DNA of 64,000 nucleotides from an uncultured Acidobacteriota bacterium (GTDB lineage Bacteria > Acidobacteriota > UBA6911): positions 377 through 64,376 of the forward strand of contig CAZYXB010000002.1 in assembly GCA_964651155.1 (NCBI GenBank), read 5' to 3'. Position 1 is the first letter of the stretch, and every line of letters begins with the position of its first letter. The notes beneath the pieces are model-generated. The model searched no databases. It was not told where the DNA came from and was given only the letters and a program-made list of their open reading frames with translations. Shown piece by piece: positions 50,148 to 58,967 of the stretch. The position numbers were made by a program, and so were the translations under genes.

Positions 50148-51245
50148 TCAACCCCGGGATAATCGACGGAACAGGCGTTCGTACTCGTCGATGACGCTGT
50201 CCCACGAATAGCGGTCCCGCACCCGGCCGGCGGCGGCCGCCTTCAGCGCCGCGTACTCTCCGGGGCGGTCGACGATGTCCTGCAGGCGCTGCCGCAGGGC
50301 GTCGGCGCTGTTGCGGGCGTAGAGCACGCCGGCGTCGCCGACGACCTCCCTGTTCTCCGGGGTGTCGTTGACGACGACGATATTCCCCTGGCCCATCGCC
50401 TCGATCAGCGCCGGGTGGGTCCCCCCCACCTCGGTGGCGTGGATGTAGCAGAACGCGTGGGCCTGCAGCTGCCGGTACCTCTCCCCGTAGACGGCGCCCG
50501 GAAACAGGATCCGCGGGTCCCGCGTCGCGTGCAACGACGCGATGTAGCCGGCGGCGTACGGGGCGTCCCCGACCAGGACCAGGCGCCTGCCGGTCCGCAG
50601 GCGTTCAAACGCGCCGATGACCACGTGCGCGTTGTTCTCCGGCTCCAGGCGGCTCACGTACAGGAGGTAGCCGCCCGGGGCCAGCCCGAGATCGTCGAGC
50701 GCATCCCGCCCACGGGGCTTCTCGACCGTGGCCCCGTAGGGGATGAACACGGACTCGGCCCGGTACCGTTCGAGGTAGTAGCGCTCGATGACGCGCGCGT
50801 CGGTGACCAGGACGTCGGGGAACCGCGTCGCCAGGTACTCGCCGAGGCGGTAGTAGGCGCGCCCCAGCCGGTTCCACTTCCTCCGCAGCCTCTCGATCCC
50901 GTCGACGTTGACCGCCACGGGCGTGCCCGCGAGCCGCGGGATCCAGGCGAAGACGCTGTTGGCGGCGTTGCAGATGAGGACGGCGTCGTAGCCGCGGAAG
51001 ACGGCATCGAGCACCGACAGGAACGTGTGCACGACCGTGTCGGTGTATTTCCACGGCAACGTCGGCAGGACGATGAGCCGGACCCCCCGGTGGGTCCTGA
51101 CGCCGCGCGGGACGTAGCGGGGGCGCCCGTAGACGGTCACCCGGTGGCCCCGGGCGACGAGCCCCGCGGCGCATTCTTCGGCGAATGTCTCAAAGCCGCC
51201 GTAGTTGGCCGGGATGCCGCGCGTGCCGAGAATCGCAATCTTCAA
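50148..51245 (-). CDS. Family 4 (GT-B) glycosyltransferase with DUF1972-type N-terminus; probable TTG start
   Basis: LKIAILGTRGIPANYGGFETFAEE is the DUF1972 N-terminus. C-terminal GT1/GT4 motif region (..EPENNAHVVIGAF..). Only TTG is available as an in-frame start immediately before this motif; the ATG at 51350 would add a 35-aa Pro-rich extension. Confidence 0.6.
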   Translation of the reverse strand: MKIAILGTRGIPANYGGFETFAEECAAGLVARGHRVTVYGRPRYVPRGVRTHRGVRLIVLPTLPWKYTDTVVHTFLSVLDAVFRGYDAVLICNAANSVFAWIPRLAGTPVAVNVDGIERLRRKWNRLGRAYYRLGEYLATRFPDVLVTDARVIERYYLERYRAESVFIPYGATVEKPRGRDALDDLGLAPGGYLLYVSRLEPENNAHVVIGAFERLRTGRRLVLVGDAPYAAGYIASLHATRDPRILFPGAVYGERYRQLQAHAFCYIHATEVGGTHPALIEAMGQGNIVVVNDTPENREVVGDAGVLYARNSADALRQRLQDIVDRPGEYAALKAAAAGRVRDRYSWDSVIDEYERLFRRLSRG

Positions 51246-51264
51246 CGCATACCCCCCGGGATGG

Positions 51265-52560
51265 TCACTGCCCGGCGGCCGGGGCGGCCCCGTCGCCGCC
51301 CGCCCGGGACCGGACCGCGCCCGGGGCGTAGGCAAAGGGGGCGCTGGCAATGAACAGAAACAGCATCAGAACCTCCGAGTCGCCGAAATTGTACTCGAAC
51401 ATCCCGGCGAGCATCAGCGCGGCCCAGCTCCCCGCCGCGGCCGATGCAACCGAGACGGCCTCCCGGCGGCCCTGGTCCCCGTGCGGGAACGATCCGGAAA
51501 GGGCGTGCCGGTATGTACCGAGGGAGTTCCATGCGAGGCCGAGCATGAACCAAAGCCAGAACGCCAGCCCGGGGAGCCCCGTTTCGGCGGCAACCTGCAG
51601 GACGTTGTTGTGCATGTGCTGGTAGAGCCAGTCCGGGAATTCGTTCGCGTTCCGGTACTTCAGGGCTTCGAGTTTGACGTTCCTCGGGCCGACCCCGAAC
51701 CAGGGGTTGTCCCGGATGATCCGCATGGATGTGCCGTACAGTTCAATGCGGTTGCGCGTATTGGGGTCGCCCGGATCCAGCCCCGACCGGAAACGCTGCT
51801 GCATCGGCGCCGGGGCCAGCAGCCAGGCGGAGGCGGCCCCGAGGACCAGGATCGCCAGGAACATGCCGTAGCGCCTCTTCCTCTCGAGCGCCATCCCCAG
51901 AAGCAGAACGACGACCGTTCCGGCCGCGGCGCCCAGGACCGCGTTCCGGGTCTGGGACAGGACGATCGCCAAAGCCAGCACCGCGGCGGCCGGGATCCAG
52001 AGGGACAACCACTTCCACCCGGTGTGCAACCCGTAGGCGGCCAGAAGGACCAGCGCCAGCATCAGCAAGCCGGAATAGGTCATCCAGTGCCCCATGAACC
52101 CGGTGATCCTGTCGAGCAGGTCGTTTCCCCCGGCGTGCGTGCCGTACTGCACGAGGCCGACGACGGCCGACAGGAGCGCGACGGCGATGATGGCCCTGCT
52201 GATCCACGCCAGCCGGTTCTGACCGGGCGCCAGCAGGGGGGTGAGGGGGATGATCAGGAGCAGGTAGAACTTCTTCAGGCTCGCCAGGGCCAGCGCGACA
52301 TCGGGGGCCGCAAGCGCGGCCAGCACGGTCCAGGCGCAGTAGAGAGCCAGAGGCAGGAGGACCCACTTCAGGCGGGCCAGGGAGGCCGCCCGGGACGGGG
52401 CGAGGCCGCATGCGGCCGCCAGAGCCACAGCGAGCAGGATCTGGGCGGCCGCCACGGAAACCAGCGCCATGGAAATCGAGCCGGCCAGCCCCAAAAATCC
52501 CGCCGTGTCCGCCCCGCCCTCCAGGGACCGGGGAAGCAATGATCCGATTCGGTTCCGCAT
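51265..52560 (-). CDS. O-antigen ligase / polymerase family membrane protein (Wzy_C domain)
   Basis: More than 10 TM segments with a central Wzy_C-like region (..ILSQTRNAVLGAAAGTVVVLLLG..), then a periplasmic loop (..NTRNRIELYGTSMRIIRDNPWFGVGP..HMHNNVLQVAAETG). Confidence 0.65.
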   Translation of the reverse strand: MRNRIGSLLPRSLEGGADTAGFLGLAGSISMALVSVAAAQILLAVALAAACGLAPSRAASLARLKWVLLPLALYCAWTVLAALAAPDVALALASLKKFYLLLIIPLTPLLAPGQNRLAWISRAIIAVALLSAVVGLVQYGTHAGGNDLLDRITGFMGHWMTYSGLLMLALVLLAAYGLHTGWKWLSLWIPAAAVLALAIVLSQTRNAVLGAAAGTVVVLLLGMALERKRRYGMFLAILVLGAASAWLLAPAPMQQRFRSGLDPGDPNTRNRIELYGTSMRIIRDNPWFGVGPRNVKLEALKYRNANEFPDWLYQHMHNNVLQVAAETGLPGLAFWLWFMLGLAWNSLGTYRHALSGSFPHGDQGRREAVSVASAAAGSWAALMLAGMFEYNFGDSEVLMLFLFIASAPFAYAPGAVRSRAGGDGAAPAAGQ

Positions 52561-52573
52561 CCGTCTGCCTCGG

Positions 52574-53662
52574 TTAGTGGGTCGAGTGCGCCAGCAGAGT
52601 ATCGCACAGTTTTTCCGTTTCGAGGATCTTTCTGTCCAGGGTAAAGGATTCCTCCACGCGCCGTCTCCCGCGCAGGCCCATCCGCGCGGATACTTCGGGG
52701 TTGCCGGCCAGGCGCCGGATCGCCTCGGCAAGCCGCGGAGGGTCGGCGGGGGGGACCAGGAGGCCGTTGTCGCCGTCCCGGACCAGTTCCGGGATCCCCC
52801 CGACTTTGCTGGCGACTACCGGCAGGCAGCTGGCCATGGCCTCGATGATGGCCGACGACAGCCCTTCGGAAAGGCTGGGGAGCACGAACAGGTCCATCGT
52901 CCCCAGCAGCCGGCGGATGTCCTCGCAAAAGCCCAGAAACCGTATGGAGCCCTGGACACCCCGGGCGCGGGCCTGCCGCTCGAGTTCCTCCCGGCACTCC
53001 CCTTCGCCCGCGATGACATAGCGGATCCGGCCGTCCGCGTTCGGGATGAGGGACGCGGCCTCGATAAGGTGGTCGAGCCCTTTTTCGCGGCTCAGGGCCG
53101 CGACGGTGCCGACGGTGAACGGGGCGCCCTCCGGGGGCGCCTCCGCGCGCGGCCGGAGGGGATACTGCGCCGGGTCGATCCCCTCGTACACGACGTCGAT
53201 GAGCGATTGGGGAACCCCGTCGGCCTCCAGCTGCGATTTGATCGAGTGCGAAATCGCGATGACGCGGTCGATCCTCCAGGTGTATTTCAGGCGGGACAGC
53301 CGGCTGTGCCGCAGTGGGAAGCTGACCCTGCGGAAAATGATCGTGGCGCCCACCGGCGCCGCCATCGAGGCCAACGATCCCATCAGGATCGGCCTCGGCG
53401 TATTGAAAGCAAGGATGTCCGGCCGCGTCCTCCGCAGCGTTCGGAGCAGGCGCACCAGGGAAAGGCACCCCGCCTCGCTTCGAATGGCGAGCGGGTGGAC
53501 CGTGATCCCCTCGACCCGCGACCGGGCCTCCAGGGTCGTGCCCGGGAAGCAGGCCAGGTGTATGGTGTGGCCGCGCCGGTGGAGCCCTTCGATGAGGGTG
53601 AACAGCTGGGCTTGCCCCCCCCTCCAGGTGCGTTCGGAATCGATGAATAGGAATGTGCGCAT
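52574..53662 (-). CDS. Family 4 (GT-B) glycosyltransferase
   Basis: MRTFLFIDSERTWRGGQAQLFTLIEGLHRRGH N-domain. C-terminal ..EGLSSAIIEAMASCLPVVASKVGGIPELV.. is the GT4 E-x7-E region. The upstream ORF extension was rejected. Confidence 0.7.
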   Translation of the reverse strand: MRTFLFIDSERTWRGGQAQLFTLIEGLHRRGHTIHLACFPGTTLEARSRVEGITVHPLAIRSEAGCLSLVRLLRTLRRTRPDILAFNTPRPILMGSLASMAAPVGATIIFRRVSFPLRHSRLSRLKYTWRIDRVIAISHSIKSQLEADGVPQSLIDVVYEGIDPAQYPLRPRAEAPPEGAPFTVGTVAALSREKGLDHLIEAASLIPNADGRIRYVIAGEGECREELERQARARGVQGSIRFLGFCEDIRRLLGTMDLFVLPSLSEGLSSAIIEAMASCLPVVASKVGGIPELVRDGDNGLLVPPADPPRLAEAIRRLAGNPEVSARMGLRGRRRVEESFTLDRKILETEKLCDTLLAHSTH

Positions 53663-53822
53663 TGCCTCCGCTGCCTTCCCCGGGCCGGCGGCGCGCTGCT
53701 GCCCGCTGCTCGGGCGCCGCCCCGGACGGCACGACAGGGTGTGATTGTACTGTATGGATTCCGCGCGGGAACAGGGAAATCTGGGATCGGCGGCCGGGCA
53801 GCGGGCGGGCAGGCCGGGGATG

Positions 53823-53831
53823 TGGTAGAAT
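53823..53831 (+). promoter_or_regulatory. Extended -10 element TGgTAGAAT positioned 9 nt upstream of the ATG of the following small ORF (leaderless transcript predicted)
   Basis: TG-n-TAGAAT seen in the sequence. No Shine-Dalgarno between it and the ATG at 53840. Confidence 0.4.
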
Positions 53832-53839
53832 CGGGCGTT

Positions 53840-54145
53840 ATGAAAATACGGATGTACAGCAACGGCATCGAGGCGCCGCTTACGGCATTTATCGGGAATT
53901 TTCTGGGGAAGGTGTGTTTGGGGATGGCCGAATCGCTCAAGACGCCGCGGCCGGTTTCGAGTTTCAAATTCGAAATCGCCGGGGACGATGTGCGCATCGA
54001 GGTCAACCATGCCCCGATACCCATGAATCTGCGCAGCGGATTCTGCCAGGTCATGGTGCGCAACACCATCCGGGGGATGGTGCGCGACCTGAAGCTGGAC
54101 GACCCGTCCGGGGACATCCGCATCGAGGCGGACCTGGAGGTCTAG
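53840..54145 (+). CDS. Hypothetical small protein (101 aa), probably leaderless
   Basis: Intact ORF MKIRMYSNGIEAPLTAFIGNFLGKVCLGMAESLKTPRPVSSFKFEIAGDDVRIEVNH.. with a non-low-complexity composition unlike GC-artefact ORFs. An extended -10 sits immediately upstream. No family recognised. Confidence 0.4.
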   Translation: MKIRMYSNGIEAPLTAFIGNFLGKVCLGMAESLKTPRPVSSFKFEIAGDDVRIEVNHAPIPMNLRSGFCQVMVRNTIRGMVRDLKLDDPSGDIRIEADLEV

Positions 54146-54194
54146 AACGGGCACGGGGGCCGGGGAGCCGGGCGCGCTCCCGGGGAGTGCGGCT

Positions 54195-55343
54195 TTGCAT
54201 ACGGACGGATCGCTCAAGTCGCGGATCAGAAGGGAAGCCGAAAGGCTCGGGTTCGACCGGGTCGGCGTCGCTTCGGCGGGGCCCGCCCCGCACTTCGAGG
54301 CTTTCGCGCGCTGGATCGCCGACGGCCGCCACGGGGATATGGCCTATCTGGCGCGCCGGATGCCCCAGCGCGCAGACCCCCGGGCGGTGTTTGCGCAGGC
54401 CGAGTCGGTGCTGGTGGTGGGGATGAACTATTGCGCGGGGGGAGACTCTGCCCCCTCCGGCCTGCAGGGGCGGTTTGGCCGGTACGCCCTGGGCCGCGAG
54501 TACCACGCCGTCGTGCGTTGCCGCCTGCAGGCCCTGCTGGGCTGGTTGCGGACGGCGGAACCCTCGGCCGAAGGCCGGTGCTTCGTCGATACGGGCCCGG
54601 TCCTCGAGAAAGCCTGGGGCTCTAGGACGGCCATCGGGTGGATGGGGAAGAACACCACTCTCATCTCGAGACGGCTGGGGTCCTGGATGGTCCTCGGGGT
54701 GGTCCTGCTCAACCTGCCGCTCGAACCCGACCTGCCGGCCGAAGACGGCTGCGGGACCTGCCGCCGCTGCATCGACGCCTGCCCGACCGGCGCCCTTGTC
54801 GCCCCGTACGTCCTCGATGCCAGGCTCTGCGTGTCCTATTTGACCATCGAGCACCGCGGCCCCATCCCCCGCCGCCTGCGCCCCCTGATCGGGAACCGGA
54901 TCTTCGGCTGCGACGCCTGCCAGGAGGCCTGTCCGTACAACCGCTTCGAGAACCCGGACGGAAAGACGTGGCTGGCCCCCGCCGCCGCGGGCGGGGCGGC
55001 GGACCTGATCCCTTTGGCCGGGATGACCGACGGGGAGTTCCGGCTCCGATTCAGGAACACGCCCGTCCTCCGCGCGACGCGCGACGGCTTCGTGCGGAAC
55101 GTGGTGACGGCCCTCGGGAACTCCGGGAGGAGCGAGGCCGTCCCGGCCCTGGAGAAAGCGCTCGAGGATCCGAGCCCGCTGGTGCGGTCCACGGCCGCGT
55201 GGGCGCTCGGCAGGCTGTCGCCGCAATCGGTGCGAAGGCTGCTGCCCGAAACGCTCGGCCGGGAACGCGATCCCCTCGTGCTCGAGGAGCTGCGCGCCGC
55301 CGCTGCCGGACATTTTTTCTATTTCCAAAGGCAGGATCCCTAA
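54195..55343 (+). CDS. queG: Epoxyqueuosine reductase QueG (with C-terminal HEAT-like repeats)
   Basis: ..IRREAERLGFDRVGVASAG..HGDMAYLARR.. and the two 4Fe-4S Cys clusters (CGTCRRCIDACPTGA, GCDACQEACPYN) are diagnostic of QueG. The listed start is a TTG; the true start is uncertain by a few codons. Confidence 0.8.
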   Translation: MHTDGSLKSRIRREAERLGFDRVGVASAGPAPHFEAFARWIADGRHGDMAYLARRMPQRADPRAVFAQAESVLVVGMNYCAGGDSAPSGLQGRFGRYALGREYHAVVRCRLQALLGWLRTAEPSAEGRCFVDTGPVLEKAWGSRTAIGWMGKNTTLISRRLGSWMVLGVVLLNLPLEPDLPAEDGCGTCRRCIDACPTGALVAPYVLDARLCVSYLTIEHRGPIPRRLRPLIGNRIFGCDACQEACPYNRFENPDGKTWLAPAAAGGAADLIPLAGMTDGEFRLRFRNTPVLRATRDGFVRNVVTALGNSGRSEAVPALEKALEDPSPLVRSTAAWALGRLSPQSVRRLLPETLGRERDPLVLEELRAAAAGHFFYFQRQDP

Positions 55344-55465
55344 GTACAATGGTGCCCGAACCGCCCGCACCGCGCGGGGAAGGGGGCCGGAACCTCCGGC
55401 GCCGCCCCGGACCGCACCGGCAGGGCTGCCGGCGCGCAAGCGGGCGCACGGGGGCATAGGGCCGG

Positions 55466-56527
55466 ATGAAGGGCGACAGGGAACGAGGGGCCGGGAAGGA
55501 TGGGCGGGGCGCAACGGACGCCCGCGACGGGATCGGAACGCTCCAGGGCACGTTCGATGCCGCGCCGGCCCGGCCCACGGATCGGCGCGGCCGCCAGGCG
55601 GCGGAAACGGAGCGCGACCATCTCATCACCCGCCAGGTCTTCAATGCCTCCAACGACGGGATCTGGGCCATCGACGGCGACCGCCGGATTCTCCGCATCA
55701 ACAGGAAGCTGCTCGGCCTGCTCGGCAGGGAGGGGGAGGATGTCGTCGGCCGCACGTGCACCGACATCCTCCCCGGCGGATGCCCGCGGCGTTCTCAGTG
55801 CCCGTGGGCGCGCATCCGGGAGGGCGCGCCGGTCGTCGAACAGGAAGCGTCCTTGGCGGCCCCTTCGGGGGAGCGGCTGGTTTTCCGGGTGACGGCCACC
55901 CCGCTGGCCGACCTGGGGGGGGGCGTGATCGGGCTGGTCGAAACCTTCAGCGATATCACGGCCATCAAGCGCGCCGAGGCGGCCCTGCAGCAGGCCAATC
56001 ACGAGCTGGCTATACGGGCGACCGAAGACGTGCTGACGAAAATCGCCAACCGTAGGAGATTCGACGACTATCTTGAAGCGGAGTGGCGCAGGCAGAAGCG
56101 CGCCCGGAAACCCATCGCCCTGGCCATGTGCGACGTGGACCGCTTCAAGGCCTACAACGACCTCTACGGTCATCAGGCCGGGGACGCCTGCCTCAGGACC
56201 GTGGCCGGGGTGATCCGCGACAGCATGTTCCGGGCCGGCGACCTGTGCGCGCGTTTCGGGGGCGACGAATTCGCCGTCATCCTGCCCGAAACCGGAACCA
56301 ACGGCGCGCGGTGCGTCGTCGACCGGATGCGGCGCCGGATCGAGGAGGCGCGGGTCCCCCACGCGGGGTCGGACGCGGCGCCGGTCGTGACCATAAGCTG
56401 CGGCGCGGTCTCGGTGGTTCCCGGCGGCGCCGCAGGGCCGGATGCGCTGATACGGGAGGCGGACAGGCGTCTGTACAGGGCCAAGCAGGACGGACGCAAC
56501 CGCTTTGTCTGCGGCGGGGAGGACTGA
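55466..56527 (+). CDS. PAS-domain diguanylate cyclase (GGDEF)
   Basis: PAS-like N-region (..VFNASNDGIWAIDGDRRILRINRKLLGLLG..). GGDEF domain with I-site-like RxxD and active site RFGGDEFAVIL. Confidence 0.8.
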   Translation: MKGDRERGAGKDGRGATDARDGIGTLQGTFDAAPARPTDRRGRQAAETERDHLITRQVFNASNDGIWAIDGDRRILRINRKLLGLLGREGEDVVGRTCTDILPGGCPRRSQCPWARIREGAPVVEQEASLAAPSGERLVFRVTATPLADLGGGVIGLVETFSDITAIKRAEAALQQANHELAIRATEDVLTKIANRRRFDDYLEAEWRRQKRARKPIALAMCDVDRFKAYNDLYGHQAGDACLRTVAGVIRDSMFRAGDLCARFGGDEFAVILPETGTNGARCVVDRMRRRIEEARVPHAGSDAAPVVTISCGAVSVVPGGAAGPDALIREADRRLYRAKQDGRNRFVCGGED

Positions 56528-56608
56528 CCGGCCGCCGGCGATCCCGGGGCTCGAGAGTCGCCGCCGGGTAAAGCTTGCGCCCAATCTGCCGATACGATCC
56601 CATTGAGG

Positions 56609-57094
56609 ATGAAAAACATTCCATACCGCAAACCTCTGACCGGGGACCTGGCCGCCGAGAGGCGGTCGGGCGTCGACCGCCGGGGCCGGATCTCCATATT
56701 CCCCCTGTCCCATCTGGGCCCCCTCCGGAGAAAGCAGTCCGGCCGCCGGGCGCAGGACACCGGGTATGTCGACATCTACGATTTCCGGACATGGTCTGTG
56801 GCCGTCTCGGTCGCCCTTCTTTCCCTGATGGACGCGGTGCTGACGCACCGGCACCTGGCGGCCGGCTCGGCCGGCGAGGCGAACCCGGTCATGCAGGCCG
56901 TCATCGGGCTCGGCGGCATGCCGGCCTTCTACGGCGTCAAAGGCCTGATGACGCTTCTGGCCGTGGCCGTCATCATGCTGCACAAGGAATGGCCGCTGGG
57001 AAGATTCGCCGCGCGGTTCTGCCTCTGGATCTACATCCTGCTTTCCCTGTATCATATCTATCTCGTCGCGCTCGTCGACCGGATGCCGCACTAG
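56609..57094 (+). CDS. DUF5658-like small membrane protein with Arg-rich N-terminal tail
   Basis: C-terminal ..LLSLMDAVLTHRHLAAGSAGEANPVMQAV..YGVKGLMTLLAVAVIMLHKEW.. resembles the DUF5658 membrane core. The N-terminal 60 aa are rich in RR/DRR (ERRSGVDRRGRISIF..RRKQSGRR). Immediately downstream of the GGDEF gene. Confidence 0.5.
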   Translation: MKNIPYRKPLTGDLAAERRSGVDRRGRISIFPLSHLGPLRRKQSGRRAQDTGYVDIYDFRTWSVAVSVALLSLMDAVLTHRHLAAGSAGEANPVMQAVIGLGGMPAFYGVKGLMTLLAVAVIMLHKEWPLGRFAARFCLWIYILLSLYHIYLVALVDRMPH

Positions 57095-57152
57095 CCGCGC
57101 GCGGCCTCCCGGGCCGGCCCGACGCCGGGTTCCAACTGCGTCCCCCAAAGAG

Positions 57153-58034
57153 GTGCCTATGATCGGAGACATGCGGCGCAGCGTCCTGTACGTCCCCTGC
57201 GACAGCGAAACCAAGATCGGCCGGGCGGCCCGGATACCCGCCGACGTGCTCCTGTTCAACCTGGAAGACGGGGTGGCGGCGTCGCACAAGGACGCCGCCC
57301 GCGCCGCCATCGCGCGCGCCCTCGGCGGCGGCGGACTCGGCGGCCGGGAACATGTCGTGCGGATCAACAGCCTCGCTTCGGACACGGGCGCCCGCGACCT
57401 GGCCGCGGTCGTGCCCGGGAAGCCCGACGGCATCTGCCTCCCCAAAATCGAGGGGGCGGGGCAGGTCGAGGAGGCCGACGCCAGGATACGGGATCTTGAA
57501 ATCCTCCACGGCATCCCCGAGGGGACCATCGGCCTGCACGCGATGGTCGAGTCGGCCGCGGGCGTGCTTGCCGCGGCCGAGATCGCGGCCGCGTCGCCGA
57601 GGATGGCGTCGTTGATCTTCGGCTCGGCCGATTTCGCCCTGGATCTGCGCTGCCGGCCCGGAAAGGACCGGGCCGAGTTCCTTCTGGCGATGCAGATGCT
57701 GGTTCTGGCCGCCCGCGCCGCGGGGATCGACGCGATCGACGCCCCCTGCTTCGACATCCGGGACCCGGAGCAGCTGCGGAGGGAATCGGCTGCGGCCCGC
57801 CGCCTCGGGTTCGACGGCAAGAGCGCCCTGCACCCCGGGCAGCTCGACGTCATCCACGAGGCCTTCGACGTTTCCCCGGAGGACCTGGCCTGGGCCGAGA
57901 AGGTGCTCGAAGAGCTCGACGCGGCCGAGCGGCGGGGCAGGGCCCTGGCCGTGCTCGACGGCACGCTCGTCGACAACCCCCACCGCGCCGCGGCCCTGAG
58001 AATCCTGCGCCGCAGGCCGGCAGGCCGAAAATGA
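57153..58034 (+). CDS. HpcH/HpaI aldolase / citrate-lyase beta-subunit (CitE)-like protein
   Basis: MRRSVLYVPCDSETKIGRAARIPADVLLFNLEDGVA..KDAAR matches the CitE N-terminus. TIM-barrel family motifs ..ICLPKIEGAGQVEEAD.. and ..MVESAAGVL. Confidence 0.7.
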   Translation: MPMIGDMRRSVLYVPCDSETKIGRAARIPADVLLFNLEDGVAASHKDAARAAIARALGGGGLGGREHVVRINSLASDTGARDLAAVVPGKPDGICLPKIEGAGQVEEADARIRDLEILHGIPEGTIGLHAMVESAAGVLAAAEIAAASPRMASLIFGSADFALDLRCRPGKDRAEFLLAMQMLVLAARAAGIDAIDAPCFDIRDPEQLRRESAAARRLGFDGKSALHPGQLDVIHEAFDVSPEDLAWAEKVLEELDAAERRGRALAVLDGTLVDNPHRAAALRILRRRPAGRK

Positions 58035-58127
58035 CGGCCCGGGCGGGCCCCGGGCGCCACAATGGGGCCCGGGCATGGTACACTGATGGTTCTTTTTAAG
58101 ATTCACGGGAGGCACAGGCGGATACCG

Positions 58128-58931
58128 ATGGATAGATTTCAAGGCTCCGACAGCTACATTTTAAGTGACGCGCTGCGTGAAATAGTCAACGCATCGATCG
58201 TTCTGAAGCGGCCGCTTCTGATCAAGGGGGAGCCGGGCACCGGCAAGACGGAACTTGCCCGGGTGATCGCCGAGGACCTGGGCCTGCCCCTGATACGGTG
58301 GAACATCAAGTCCACGTCCAAGGCCAGCGACGGCCTCTACGTCTACGACACCGTGCAGCGTTTGAACGACTCCCGCTTCCACGACAAGGACGTTGCCGAC
58401 ATCGGCCAGTACATCCGGATGGGGAAACTGGGGGAAGCCCTGAAGGCCGAGCACCAGGTGGTCCTGCTGATCGATGAAATCGACAAGGCGGACCTGGAGT
58501 TCCCCAACGACCTGCTGTTCGAACTCGATCAGATGAGCTTCGATATCGTCGAGACGGGGGAGCACGTGAAGGCCCGGCACCGGCCGATCGTCGTCATCAC
58601 GAGCAACAGCGAAAAGGAGCTGCCCGACGCGTTTCTCCGCCGCTGCCTGTTCCATTACATCGAGTTTCCCAGTCCCGAGATGATGGAGCGGATCGCGCAG
58701 GTTCATTTCCCGGACCTGAAGCGCCGCCTCCTGTCGCAGGTCGTCGCGAAGTTCTATCTCGTCCGGCAGCGCCACGAACTGAAGAAGCGGCCCTCGACGA
58801 GCGAACTGCTCGACTGGATCGCCGCCCTGCTGGCCGGGGGCATCTCCGAGCGGGAGCTCGAGAGCCGCCTGCCGTTCCTCGGCGTGCTTTTGAAAACCGA
58901 GGACGACCTGGCCAGGGTTCTGTCGCGCTGA
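58128..58931 (+). CDS. MoxR-family AAA+ ATPase (CoxD/CbbQ-like, ~267 aa)
   Basis: Walker A GEPGTGKT, Walker B LLIDEIDKA, sensor ..VVITSNSEKELPDAFLRRCLFHYIEFP. Compact MoxR/CbbQ-type single AAA module. Confidence 0.8.
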   Translation: MDRFQGSDSYILSDALREIVNASIVLKRPLLIKGEPGTGKTELARVIAEDLGLPLIRWNIKSTSKASDGLYVYDTVQRLNDSRFHDKDVADIGQYIRMGKLGEALKAEHQVVLLIDEIDKADLEFPNDLLFELDQMSFDIVETGEHVKARHRPIVVITSNSEKELPDAFLRRCLFHYIEFPSPEMMERIAQVHFPDLKRRLLSQVVAKFYLVRQRHELKKRPSTSELLDWIAALLAGGISERELESRLPFLGVLLKTEDDLARVLSR

Positions 58932-58967
58932 CGCCGCCCCCGGCGGCCCTCCTCTTGGGGATACGGT

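Noticed and set aside
50148-51350. ATG at 51350 as the start of the DUF1972-GT4 gene (400-aa version).
   Set aside because: The extra 35 residues are Pro/Arg-rich low complexity (MPAPPLPTPRARSGPGRAATGPPRPPGS..). The conserved family N-terminus (KIAILGTRGIP) begins right after an in-frame TTG with an upstream G-rich RBS, so the TTG start at 51245 is preferred. This remains uncertain.
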